Of a DNA stretch of 51,418 nucleotides, positions 1 to 12,469 are shown one piece after another. The notes under the pieces are model-generated. The model was given only the letters and a program-made list of their open reading frames with translations, did no database searches and was not told the origin of the DNA. The stretch is from Octopus bimaculoides (Eukaryota), in the NCBI RefSeq assembly GCF_001194135.2, contig NC_068996.1, positions 13,740,400-13,791,817 on the forward strand, given 5' to 3'. How positions within the stretch are numbered: the stretch's first letter is position 1; each line of letters starts with the position of its first letter. The position numbers were made by a program, and so were the translations under genes.

Positions 1-324
1 AATATATATACATGTATACACACATATATGTACATACTTACATCTACAGACAACGCAACGAACACATAGGAAAACGGAAAGCCACTTGGAATATGCCTTC
101 ATCAGCTGTCTCTATTCTATCTAGACGTTTCGAAGATAAGACAGAACGTACTCTAGAATAGTCGGTTCCTGAGTAGTGGATCAACCCACTACACAGAGGA
201 TTCCAAGGTGGCAAACACAAACCAAGACAGGAAAAATTGGACAGATATATATATATATATATATATATCGATTATTTAAAACTATCAATTGAAAATTGAG
301 TAATAATCTAAATTTCTCTAGAAA

Positions 325-1090
325 TTTTGTAACAATCAGTAAAAATCATATGAGAAAGAAATAAGAACTCTGCAGTAATATAGTTTAAAATGTCATGTAA
401 TAATCAGTATAGACCATATAAGAAACAATAATATAAGAATGGGGATGAACCATATAATAAACAAGAAGAAGCATGGAAGGAACGCTAAGAACTTTGTAAT
501 AATAAATAGGAAGTATCATATTATATTACCTAAAAAAATAACCATCAACATGTAAATAAGAATCATGTAATAATTTATATGAACATTGTAATAATCATTA
601 GACACCCTGAAATAATCAGACTATTTAAGGATAAGTAAGAATTCTGTAGGAACTAAGAAGAATCAGGGAATAATCTCTGTGAACCATGAAACAATCAGCA
701 TATACAGTGTAATAATCCCTATGAACCTTGTAATAACGAGGAATAACTAGGTAACAGTTGATTGCTAACGTGATAATCAGCAAAAATATGCAAGAAATTA
801 TAAAAGCTTTGTAAGGGTAAGAAAGAACCATGTAATAATCAGTAAAATCTAAGCAAGTATCAGTAATAAGCGGGTAATGATTAGCAAAGCCCATGTAATA
901 GCCAGTAAGATCCCTGTACGGATAAGAATCATGTAGTTTGTAAATGCATGTATCTGGAATAACCTTTTAATGATAGATAAAAACTATGAATGATTCTGAA
1001 TAACTCTGTAATAATCAGGCAGAAGGACCATAGGTACCATGTAAGGATTAGCAGCAATCATCGACAAGAATAATCATATAATGATAAATG
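325..1090. repeat. Degenerate ~20-24 bp minisatellite-like array (core CATGTAATAATCAG)
   Basis: Core recurs with variation at 394-407, 564-574, 587-597, 708-717, 829-842, 1007-1019 and elsewhere, with irregular spacing. Confidence 0.6.
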
Positions 1091-2053
1091 GAAACAAGTT
1101 TCTTTTATTCGGTACAAAAAAAAAATCAATGAATAAGTTTTTAAATAAAATGATGTTTTAAAATACACGAAAAATTTCCCAAAACGAGGACCAATCAACA
1201 TATTTGTATCAGCATATTTGCATCACTTTGTAACAATTTTATAAAGCATTACATGTATTCTTCAATGTAAACAAATATGAATTCTGTACGGAACTCTCAG
1301 CATCATCACCATTATTAACATCACGCCAACACCGCCACCACCACCAGCAAAACTATCATTATATTGACCACCACAACGAATACCATTACCATCATCGAAA
1401 ACCATTTTTGCGTGATACGAAGCAACAACAACAAATACAGTTTTGAAGTATAGAAAATAAATAATACTAGCTTTCCTTTGCGTCGTTTTAGGTGTTTTTA
1501 TATTTTCTATTTACCTTTTTCATTACAAGAAAAAAAATTCCACAAAAAGGTAAAGGAACAAAAATATATAAAAAAAAATAGTAAACAGGAAAACATACAA
1601 ACCAAAAGCAGGAAGAAAATAAAATAAACAAAAATATGAAAAAGTCTTGCAATGAATTCAATTACTTTATGAAGAATCTGGTTCTGTATCTGTTGTTCTT
1701 TGGAATAGTATCGGTTTTTAATACAGCTNNNNNNNNNNNNNNNNNNNNNNNNNNNNNNNNNNNNNNNNNNNNNNNNNNNNNNNNNNNNNNNNNNNNNNNN
1801 NNNNNNNNNNNNNNNNNNNNNNNNNNNNNNNNNNNNNNNNNNNNNNNNNNNNNNNNNNNNNNNNNNNNNNNNNNNNNNNNNNNNNNNNNNNNNNNNNNNN
1901 NNNNNNNNNNNNNNNNNNNTATATATACACATATATATATATACATGTATATATATGTGTGTGTGCGTGAGTGTATGTATATGTGTTTATATACATATAC
2001 ATACGAAAATACATACATACATGCACATTCAAGCGTGTACACACATGCACTCT

Positions 2054-2056
<3 letters not shown>

Positions 2057-2097
<41 letters not shown>

Positions 2098-2113
2098 TGT
2101 GTGTGTGTGTGTG
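2057..2113. repeat. (TG)n microsatellite
   Basis: Direct reading. Confidence 0.95.
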
Positions 2114-2356
2114 TTAAAGGAAGAGAGAAAAAACAGGGGTGAAAGAGAAAGAACAAGTCCAGAAAAAACACTAAAACTAGTTTCACTAAATCTACTTTCC
2201 TCACTGTGTAAAATAAAATAAAATAAAATAGAATAAACAGCTAACAGCAACCAACGGGAAATAACAACGACAAAAACGACCGTAGAACCAATCATTATAA
2301 ACAAGTACACAGTGACGACGGCGACGAAAATAACAACAAAAAACACGACGATGATA

Positions 2357-2560
2357 CAATAATAATAATAATAATAATAATAATAAAGACAAAAAAATTC
2401 GATGAGAGAAGCAAGCAATAAAAACAACAACAACGTAAAGAACGACAAAAGTAACAACGACAAAAAATGGCAATAACAACGAAGACGACAACAACAGCAA
2501 CAACAACAACAACAACAATAACCTCAACAATAACAACAACAAAGACTACAATAATAACAA
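2357..2560. repeat. (AAT)n and (AAC)n microsatellite/low-complexity tract
   Basis: Direct reading; explains the poly-L and poly-Y ORFs on the minus strand. Confidence 0.9.
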
Positions 2561-3992
2561 CGGAATAATTAATTCAAATTTTAACTAAAATTTTTGTTTT
2601 TGTAATTTAATTTCTGAATTTATTTAAATCTCAACAGACTAAAGAAATAAAGGAAAAGAAAGAAAAATTCAAAATGCGAAAGCAAGTAAGCAATTTGAAA
2701 CAAAATAGAAGCTTTAACATTTTATCGCACACAAACAAAATATATTTGGATTTTCTTCAGTTGAATCCAAATGAAGTTGCTCATCAGGAAACCAGAAAAC
2801 CAGGAAACTTGCGAAAACGTAGCATTTTTTTTTTTTTTTGTGTGGAGGTGGTTGTGTTGGGCGGGTAGGCAGAACACGTTTAGTTTTCATCATATACACT
2901 TTTAGAAAGATTTGTTGCCATCAATCATAGAGAGAAAAGAAACCTAAAAAAGAAGAAATTAAGAAAAAATATGAAATAAAGTCTCAAAAATATTCTAGTA
3001 ATGTAATGTAGAATAATTTTATCGTCCCTTTTATTATTCAAATTTATTGTAAATTTAACCAAAATGTTTTCAGAATCATTTCATCAAACCACATTAAGAT
3101 TCAATTGTTGTGGCTTCAATAAGTATAAATTGAATTATTATAATCTACATTTTTTGTTATAATATATTNNNNNNNNNNNNNNNNNNNNNNNNNNNNNNNN
3201 NNNNNNNNNNNNNNNNNNNNNNNNNNNNNNNNNNNNNNNNNNNNNNNNNNNNNNNNNNNNNNNNNNNNNNNNNNNNNNNNNNNNNNNNNNNNNNNNNNNN
3301 NNNNNNNNNNNNNNNNNNNNNNNNNNNNNNNNNNNNNNNNNNNNNNNNNNNNNNNNNNNNNNNNNNNNNNNNNNNNNNNNNNNNNNNNNNNNNNNNNNNN
3401 NNNNNNNNNNNNNNNNNNNNNNNNNNNNNNNNNNNNNNNNNNNNNNNNNNNNNNNNNNNNNNNNNNNNNNNNNNNNNNNNNNNNNNNNNNNNNNNNNNNN
3501 NNNNNNNNNNNNNNNNNNNNNNNNNNNNNNNNNNNNNNNNNNNNNNNNNNNNNNNNNNNNNNNNNNNNNNNNNNNNNNNNNNNNNNNNNNNNNTATATAT
3601 ATATATATATATATATATGTATAGATGTTAGTATATATATATTACACACACACACACGCACGAATACGTATACATATATATTGTATATATATATGTGTGT
3701 GTGTGTGTGAGTGTGTGTGCGTGTGTCTGTGTGTGTGTGTACGCATGTATGTATACGCGCACATGTAATATGCGCTAAAAAGTAAACAAGCAAAACAGGG
3801 ACAACAGAATTACGATATCAATGCTTATTAGTTTAACACTTAAAGAGAATAGCCTAGTAATGCCTTTAACGCTTCGTGTTAAGCTCTTTCATCGGAATGA
3901 GGTACAGTGGGGTGAGCACGGAGAAGGAAAACGAGAAAATTATAGAAAACAAATATCAGTGCAGCCTATGATAACACATGTATCTACTCTGT

Positions 3993-4058
<66 letters not shown>

Positions 4059-5493
4059 GAGTTCTGGTGTACAGCATAAAAAATAGCGTAAAGAATTCCA
4101 TATGTATCTTTATACAGCGGTAAAGAGAGCTATAGAGAGAGAATACGTGTTATTGTTTTGACGAACTTTCTTGGTACTGGTCTCCATAGTTACAAAGATA
4201 TCGAACTCATAAAAATTAAGCGCAGAGAAATTTTTCTGCAATGGCGTACTTACTTGTATTTCACTGAAAATATTAAGGTTAGATTATATAATTCAAACCG
4301 AACTTACTTCATACCATCATAATTCATTTCAAAACGCTTTCTCGTTGCTGGTTATTACGTACACAATGAAAATCTCACAAAAAGAATGAGGAATATTACA
4401 ATAATTGATAAGGCCACTCAGAGGCGTTACCTAGTATTTCGAAGTTTACAATGGTTCAAGTCTTCATCAAAGTTGAAACTAAATATCTCTTTAATATCTC
4501 ATAAAACAAGAGTTTAACAATAGTTATAGGGGTGCTGAGTTCAAATGTCAACTAGAGTCAGATTTGTGATGTGCAAGGCCGACCGACTGAGATTCACTGA
4601 ATTAGATATTTTTCCCAGTTTTACATTTAAACAAATACAAATGTATATGCACTTTTACTTCAATTAGATTTACTTTTGATATATGTGTTAACTTTAAAGG
4701 AATTATAAAAAGTCAGTATTATCTAACTTAGGTACTATTGAGTTTGAGGAGTTCACTACAAAATTATTATCAATAATACTATACGTAGCTATTACGGAGT
4801 GGAAGGTTTTTTCTAGTATCTCAAAGAAATTCACTTCCAAAGTGTGTTGCTTATTACATGTTTTCTGTATAGAGTGTTATACTATGCTTCTTTTCCTGGT
4901 TTTCTTACTGTAGTTATTTCAACTAAAAATGCCTTTCTTATTACAATAACACTTAGATTTAAGACACGACAGATTAGCATCATCAACCTTAGAAGCTATC
5001 CTAATCAGTTTTCTATTCTTATAATTGCAATATTTATTAATACACCTCATATTTTCGTATACGCAGTTTCTAACAACGATATTAACTAGTTCGTAATGGG
5101 GTTTTACGGTAACACGTGCATTTATCACTTTATTACGAACAATTGTAGTAGTTGTTCTTTATTTAGCTTCAGTTTGACCCTGACGTATATTCATTATCCT
5201 ACCATCAGTCTTCCATTCATCTATACTAGGCTGTTTAATGGTGTTATTTTCCTCATACCTATTTATTGTCATGCTATAATCACAAAAATCATTAATGGTT
5301 GTAGGTTTCGTATTAGCCCTATCGATTTTTACCGGCTCTGAGTGTATTTTTTTTCGTTTGACTATTGATTAGGAGAGAAAATAGTTTATTTTTTATAGAG
5401 TTTTGGGGAAGTGCTTGTGTTAACAGTTTGGTTCACGGATTTCTAGAGCGGTATATACGCCACAAGTTTAAACATCTATTACTTTTCAAAGCT

Positions 5494-5612
5494 TGTATGT
5501 ATGTATGTATGTATGTATGTATGTATGTATGTATGTATGTATGTATGTATGTATGTATGCATGTATGCATGTATGTATGTATGTATGTATGTATGTATGT
5601 ATGTATGTATAT
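5494..5612. repeat. (TATG)n microsatellite
   Basis: Direct reading; explains the MYVC-repeat ORFs. Confidence 0.95.
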
Positions 5613-5984
5613 ATGTATGTATGTGTTTGCATATATGTGCGTATGTTTTCATATATTTATATATGTATATATATGAGTGCGTGTGTGTATCCACTGACAA
5701 GAACATTGGTCGTCTGAAGCCAATAACAAGAAACACTAAAGATCCTTGCCCTGAAACCGAAGCCAAAACATTGTAGTCTCGAAACAAACTCCTTCACTTG
5801 GTAATATCAACGAGAAGATTTATGTATATATATATAAACAAACCCGAAAGGCTTTGTAAGTTACGGTGAGAAAGCTACTATGGTAGACTAATAGTATAAT
5901 AATAACTGTATAATAACATACCATCATAATATTTATTCTCCGATTTGAAGCGACAATTTTTAAATGCAAACAAATAACCGAAAA

Positions 5985-6070
5985 AGGATGAGCTAACCTC
6001 AGGCAGAATCGAATCCACAAATCAACGCTTAAACGGCTCCTGGCACATCCGATTGGCCAAACGGTCGACC
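5985..6070 (-). mobile_element. Degenerate tRNA-derived SINE head
   Basis: Minus strand has an A-box-like TGGCCAATCGG and a B-box-like GGATTCGATTCT at tRNA-like spacing; no intact cloverleaf. Confidence 0.3.
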
Positions 6071-6377
6071 ATCAATAATAGTCAAATTTAGTTAATATAT
6101 ACTTAAACTGTCTAATATTACATCCAATATTTATAAAGGAACTTTTTTAAAACGGGGGCCACATTTTTCATTAACGAAACACTTTGAAACTTGGAACACT
6201 GGTAGAATGTGTCATATAAAACATCCTTTTCTCTTAGTCTTCTTAAAAAAAAAAAGAAATCCATTAATTATTCCATGTTAAAGTTGTCGTATTTCTGTAA
6301 TTTCAACCAATCACTGACGTCCATTCAGCCGATATACATTAAGTGCCGACTACATAAACAAACGATTCTGAAACAAT

Positions 6378-6426
6378 TAACCCTAACCCTAACCCTAACT
6401 CTAGCCCTAACCCTAACCCTAGGGTT
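6378..6426. repeat. Interstitial telomere-type repeat (TAACCC)7 that inverts to TAGGGTT at a gap edge
   Basis: Seven units (two variants, TAACTC and TAGCCC), ending in the palindrome AACCCTAGGGTT (6415-6426), then an 800-N gap (6427-7226). Confidence 0.9.
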
Positions 6427-7226
6427 NNNNNNNNNNNNNNNNNNNNNNNNNNNNNNNNNNNNNNNNNNNNNNNNNNNNNNNNNNNNNNNNNNNNNNNNNN
6501 NNNNNNNNNNNNNNNNNNNNNNNNNNNNNNNNNNNNNNNNNNNNNNNNNNNNNNNNNNNNNNNNNNNNNNNNNNNNNNNNNNNNNNNNNNNNNNNNNNNN
6601 NNNNNNNNNNNNNNNNNNNNNNNNNNNNNNNNNNNNNNNNNNNNNNNNNNNNNNNNNNNNNNNNNNNNNNNNNNNNNNNNNNNNNNNNNNNNNNNNNNNN
6701 NNNNNNNNNNNNNNNNNNNNNNNNNNNNNNNNNNNNNNNNNNNNNNNNNNNNNNNNNNNNNNNNNNNNNNNNNNNNNNNNNNNNNNNNNNNNNNNNNNNN
6801 NNNNNNNNNNNNNNNNNNNNNNNNNNNNNNNNNNNNNNNNNNNNNNNNNNNNNNNNNNNNNNNNNNNNNNNNNNNNNNNNNNNNNNNNNNNNNNNNNNNN
6901 NNNNNNNNNNNNNNNNNNNNNNNNNNNNNNNNNNNNNNNNNNNNNNNNNNNNNNNNNNNNNNNNNNNNNNNNNNNNNNNNNNNNNNNNNNNNNNNNNNNN
7001 NNNNNNNNNNNNNNNNNNNNNNNNNNNNNNNNNNNNNNNNNNNNNNNNNNNNNNNNNNNNNNNNNNNNNNNNNNNNNNNNNNNNNNNNNNNNNNNNNNNN
7101 NNNNNNNNNNNNNNNNNNNNNNNNNNNNNNNNNNNNNNNNNNNNNNNNNNNNNNNNNNNNNNNNNNNNNNNNNNNNNNNNNNNNNNNNNNNNNNNNNNNN
7201 NNNNNNNNNNNNNNNNNNNNNNNNNN

Positions 7227-7262
<36 letters not shown>

Positions 7263-7309
7263 CATACATACAATCATCTACATACAATAACTCAATGTCG
7301 TGTAAATGA

Positions 7310-8910
7310 AAAACCTTTGTTTTTGGCCACCAAGTCTTTTGAGGTTGGAAAGTTTTCCTGCTTTTCTATATTTTATATAACTCCCTTCAGCACAGTCTTC
7401 GAAAGGTATGTGAAAACAGAGCAAACAAGGTAGAAGATCAAATTTCTACAGAAATTGGATCTTATAAGGTACCGGCAACATTACCTCTCACCTCCATCTC
7501 GTCATGAAATTGTCTAAGTATTCTCACAAATTTTTGAGCGCAGCCCAGCTTTTTCGGGATCTCCCTAAGTGCAACTCTATTTACAAAATCATACGCTTTC
7601 GTCAGATCAATAAAACTTATATCGAGTCCCTATCCTGTTTGATGCACTTCTCTTGTAACTGTCTAGCTGAAAATATCAGATTTCCTCCTCTAAACCCACA
7701 TTGTGATTCTGGTAGAACCTCATCAGCAATGTGCAGAAGTAATCTATCCATCGTTATTCTACAAAGGGCATTTGCAGCCACAGTTAACGGACAGTCGCTA
7801 CATAAATTATCGCAAATTCCTTTCCACCTTTCGATTTACAGAGTAACTTCATAATCGCATCACGCCAATCCTGAGGAACCACTTTCACTATGCCGAATCC
7901 TCTTGAATCACATCTGTTAATATTGTACAGCGATGTTCACCATCATGTTTGTATGTCACTGCACCTAATCCATCCATCCAGGGGCGTTTCCATTGTTCAA
8001 TTTCCAGGTAACCACCTTTATTTCAGCCAGGTTCTGAATCTCTGCTAAAAAATGTTTCGTTGTTCTTTCAGACATATTATCAAGAACGGAGAGATCAGCT
8101 TCGATGGTTCTATTGAGCAACTCATCAAAGTACTCTTTCCATCCCCCAACAATATCTTTAGGATTTATTAATAATTATGTGCCATCCTTCTTGCAAAGTG
8201 GCGCAACTGTTGATGAAGTTGGACCATCGACTTTTTTCAAGAGAGAGTAAAAACGTTTTGAATGGTTAGCATTTGAAGCTTCTTGGATTTCATCGCATCT
8301 ATCACTCCACCAATTTTCCTGCATCATCCTCTGCTTCCTCTGCAACGTTACTTTTACCGCCTTAAAATGTGCATCTGCTGTCCTGTTCGTTGAAAAGTCA
8401 GAATTTAACATGTTGAATGCCTTTCGCTTCTCCTCTAAGTTAAGACCAATATTGTCATCATTATCACCAAACCGATACTGGTGCTTTTTCACAACAAAAC
8501 CAAGAATGTTACTAAAAACCTCATAGACTCTTTCTTTGAACGAATTCCAACTTCTGTCACAGGACAAATTATTTATCTCAGTCACAAAATTACTGTTTAC
8601 TGACGGTAACTTAAGTTTATTTACATGGATCCATTTAGGTAACTCGACATTGTTTGTTCTAACCTTAGGCTTGACAACAAAATTCCGCTTATCAAGAAAC
8701 TGCCTATGGTCAGTCCAGCACTCTACGCCACACATAACTCACGCAATAGCAAAGTTTCACATTTCCTAGTGAGGATATAATATATAAGGTGCCATTTCTT
8801 AGATCCAGGTTGCATCCATTGAACCATTGCGTTCATGACACAGATTCATCTCAATAAACATTTGTAATAGCAGTAAACTGTTACTGATGGCAGTACTCCC
8901 AACCCCATGC
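7310..8910 (-). mobile_element. RTE-clade (BovB-like) LINE remnant: APE C-terminus, linker and RT N-terminal domains, pseudogenised
   Basis: Translations include GVGSTAISNSLLLL (APE), WTDHRQ, KKHQYRFGDNDD, ENWWSDRCDEIQEAS..KRFYSLLKKVDGP, VVPQDWRDAI, VLPESQCGFRGG, SARQLQEKCIKQ..FIDLTKAYDFVNR and YIKYRKAGKLSNLKRL, with stops and frameshifts. Confidence 0.9.
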
Positions 8911-8969
8911 TTTATATAGACAACATATATATATATTCCATACACACATATATACACATACATATAAGC

Positions 8970-9024
<55 letters not shown>

Positions 9025-9480
9025 TACATATTAGCACACACATATATATATATATATNNNNNNNNNNNNNNNNNNNNNNNNNNNNNNNNNNNNNNNNNNN
9101 NNNNNNNNNNNNNNNNNNNNNNNNNNNNNNNNNNNNNNNNNNNNNNNNNNNNNNNNNNNNNNNNNNNNNNNNNNNNNNNNNNNNNNNNNNNNNNNNNNNN
9201 NNNNNNNNNNNNNNNNNNNNNNNNNNNNNNNNNNNNNNNNNNNNNNNNNNNNNNNNNNNNNNNNNNNNNNNNNNNNNNNNNNNNNNNNNNNNNNNNNNNN
9301 NNNNNNNNNNNNNNNNNNNNNNNNNNNNNNNNNNNNNNATATATATATATATATACATATACATGCATACATACATACACACACATATATTAGTGGAATA
9401 AAGCTAAAACATGGTATGTTTTTCACGTTTTTTATTATGGTATTTTAATATTGAAAACATTTTGTAATGCTCATAAAGTT

Positions 9481-9518
9481 AAATTAACGCTTTCACACAT
9501 AGTGTAATCATCAGATTT
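9481..9518 (-). ncRNA. Degenerate minimal type I hammerhead ribozyme-like motif at the Penelope 3' end
   Basis: Minus strand AAAT-CTGATGA-TT-ACAC/tat/GTGT-GAAA-GCGT-TA-ATTT: core boxes in the correct order, stem I 4 bp, stem II 4 bp, 2-nt insertion, weak stem III. Confidence 0.45.
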
Positions 9519-10430
9519 CAAATGTTGAGTTTTTGACAACTTTAGTACCTCTTAGAACAAGGTGCTAGCTCGTTCCAACAAGCTGAATTTTTAGAATACC
9601 TTTTTGATCATTCCGCATGCTTTTAAGTATCACAGTTTGCCAGGCGTACCGATATTCTGTAACCTGTTTATATTTATATTCTAGAGATATTTATTAATCC
9701 ACGTCATTAACTGGTTGTTATATTATTGCTATTATTTCCGTTCCGAACAGGTTTGAACATTTTGATAAACCTTTTTTCTTTTATCTTTCTTCCAGCCTTA
9801 GTTGAGTCCTGTAGTTTGTGGAAAGGAAAAATTTGAAGCATTTTCTGACCACATGTCTCTATCTGTTCATTCAATGGAATTTGGCGAACATTGGTGTTCC
9901 GGATTTGTTGTCTGTGGACTCGTGAGCATTCCAATAATGCATTCCCTGTCTCGCCAATATAAAGTTCCTCAGAATTAAGGCATTTAATGCAGTAGATCAA
10001 ATTTCTGCTTTTACAGTTCATATCTGCATTTGCGAAAATCTGTCCATACTGGATCTACCAGTATGCATGTATTGACACGTTCCACACCTCTTATCATTAC
10101 ACTTGGATATTGTGAATGTTTTATCCTGTTTGTTCATATTGAATTTTGCCTTTGTTAATAGTTTCTTTATGCTATGTGGTTGCCTTTTGCTTAAGATTAG
10201 TGTTTCATTAGTTATTATGCTTTCTAACTTTTCACTTTGTTTCATGACTGACAAATTTGTTTTGATGATGTTAAAAATGTTTTGGTGATGCAGATTGTGT
10301 ATAACTAGAAATGGTATTGTGTTCCTTTGGTGGCTTCGTCTCTTCGTGTTGCTCAAAGTTGTTCTATAGGAATCTCTTTTGATCGATAAATAGGAGAGGG
10401 TAATTTTGCTTGAGCAGAAGCCTTTATATT
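9481..10430 (-). mobile_element. Penelope-like element 3' part (Cys-rich linker plus GIY-YIG endonuclease, Neptune-like), frameshifted
   Basis: ORFs 10018-10458 and 9707-10021: SKRQPHSIKKLL, KCNDKRCGTC, CKSRNLIYCIKC..LYIGETG..RVHRQQIR, IKEKRFIKMFKP. Hammerhead-like motif about 190 nt past the stop. Confidence 0.88.
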
Positions 10431-10439
10431 CAGTACACA

Positions 10440-10517
10440 CACGCGCGCGCGCGCGCATATATATATATATATATATATAGTTCGCTAGGTAGTTAGCTAG
10501 CTAGCTAGCTAGCTAGC

Positions 10518-10576
<59 letters not shown>

Positions 10577-10610
10577 ACAGACAGAGAGACAGATGGATAG
10601 ATAGATATGT
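10440..10610. repeat. Compound microsatellite (CG)n(TA)n(GCTA)n(GATA)n
   Basis: Direct reading. Confidence 0.9.
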
Positions 10611-11459
10611 ATATATAGGGTCTACAAATATTGTATATTCCGAAAAAGGAGGCAGTGAAAATTTTACATATATATATANNNNNNNNNNNNNNNNNNNNNN
10701 NNNNNNNNNNNNNNNNNNNNNNNNNNNNNNNNNNNNNNNNNNNNNNNNNNNNNNNNNNNNNNNNNNNNNNNNNNNNNNNNNNNNNNNNNNNNNNNNNNNN
10801 NNNNNNNNNNNNNNNNNNNNNNNNNNNNNNNNNNNNNNNNNNNNNNNNNNNNNNNNNNNNNNNNNNNNNNNNNNNNNNNNNNNNNNNNNNNNNNNNNNNN
10901 AGAGAGAGAGAGAGAGAGAGAGAGAAAAGCAAAGACAATTCAGGGAATATGGCGAATATAACATTTGCACATATTTTGGCTCAAATCATAGAAGTGTGCA
11001 ACGCCTTGAATAAACAAGTTGCAAGTTAAACCGCATTGCGAGATACCTGTGCGGCAGAAACACGTGTCGGACAGATTTAAATTAAGCACACTGTATAATT
11101 CACTGTAAAGAAGAAAAAAACGTGTAGATGTATTACTCTCCTTATTCATTGAATTATTTTACATATGTACTCCATAAACTATCTATAATCTGAAGAAGTG
11201 ATTATAGATTTACCCAACCGATGAAATACGTTGTGGTTGTTTACCGCGAATTGTCCGAGATTATTCTTTCATATACGATGCAGTTAGCAATAACTTGGGT
11301 CGTTACAGAATCTTTGTAATATACCCGCCCGGTTATAATCACTGGTGCATAAGAGAGTTCTCGTATTCATATTCTTGGCAGACAATACAACAACATCTAA
11401 GATAAGTTGGGAATATAGATTTCCTTTTAGTCTTAACTGTTTCAGTCATGTTTCAGTAC

Positions 11460-12232
11460 ATACATACAATCTCCAGCATTGACGGAGAATGAGAAGCACC
11501 TCTGGAGGCTGAGAAACAACTGAAACACTCCCATGAGAAGGAAGGATCGGACAGAGACGCCTGGGTCCTGAGAAATATAAGGTCAAACCTTAAAGTCTTC
11601 TTAAAGTACGCCAAGGAAACTGCCTCAATATATTGCAGGGTGGGTAGGGCCAATCCTTCAAAAAGATGGTTCCCTCACAGGAAACCCAATGGGGATACGT
11701 GAAACACTGAATGAACAGTTCAAAAGTGTCTTCATCCCACCCCTACGGCATATACAAGTTAGCAAACCTGTAGAAATCTTTACCATTACAGAAGCTGAAC
11801 GGGAGACAGTAACAATTGATTACGTCAACAACGTAAAAAGAGATGTAATGCTGGCAATAGATGATATAGATGTAAACTCAACTGCTGGCCCTAATAGATT
11901 CCCAGCATTCCTTCCCAAGTCATGCAAATGAGTCCTTGGAAAACCATCGGAGCTTCTTTTCGAAAAAAATGGAGCGGTTGGTCAATGGAGCCTCCTCCAA
12001 GTAAACACAAATAGTGAGTGGTGTTCCATAGGGCACTGTCTTGAGGTCACTGCTATTCATAATGGCCCTCTCTGACATGCTCTCAACTGCTCAAGTAGCG
12101 ACCTTTGTTAGTTATGCAGACGATACAAAAGTCTCTCAGATGATACAGAACCCTGGATACGTTGCGCATCTGCAACGTGAATTGGACGCAATATATAGGT
12201 GGGCTGAGGAAAATAACATGGAAATTAATACA
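11460..12232 (+). mobile_element. CR1/L2/Jockey-group LINE remnant (pre-RT linker and RT with YADD), internally deleted
   Basis: RNIRSNLKVFLKYAK, KDGSLTGNP..ETLNEQFKSVF, IDVNSTAGPNRFPAFL, then LLFIMALSDM..SYADDTKV..LQRELDAIYRWAEENNME. The middle RT domains are missing. Confidence 0.82.
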
Positions 12233-12237
12233 GTTCG

Positions 12238-12411
12238 ATATTTAAGAGATGAGGAATTATGTACATTGTTTACATTATTTACATTTGACGGATATTTGTC
12301 CTCATCTTGTTTGTTGTTAACACAACGTTTCGGCTGATTTAACATCCAGCCTTCATCAGGTGTCTCGGGGAAATTTCAAACCTGGCTTCTCATTCCTAAG
12401 GTATTTTTCGA

Positions 12412-12469
<58 letters not shown>

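Noticed and set aside
76-135. Hammerhead half-motifs (GAAACGTC and CTGATGAAGGC) on the minus strand
   Set aside because: The boxes are in swapped order and I could not form stems I or II; at most a scrambled Penelope-tail remnant.
325-1090. CRISPR-like repeat-spacer appearance
   Set aside because: Repeats are short, variable and irregularly spaced, the context is eukaryotic, and there are no cas genes.
2674-2899. Short ORFs on both strands, including a CTGATGAG motif
   Set aside because: No recognisable domain, no convincing splice sites, and no pairing stem II or GAAA for a ribozyme.
4308-4373. 66-nt minus-strand segment with a strong donor (GAA|gtaagt) and a plausible acceptor
   Set aside because: All three frames contain stops; it could only be a non-coding exon, and there is no further support.
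6378-6426. Ancient telomere-telomere fusion site
   Set aside because: The polarity is (CCCTAA)n then TTAGGG, the reverse of a fusion junction.
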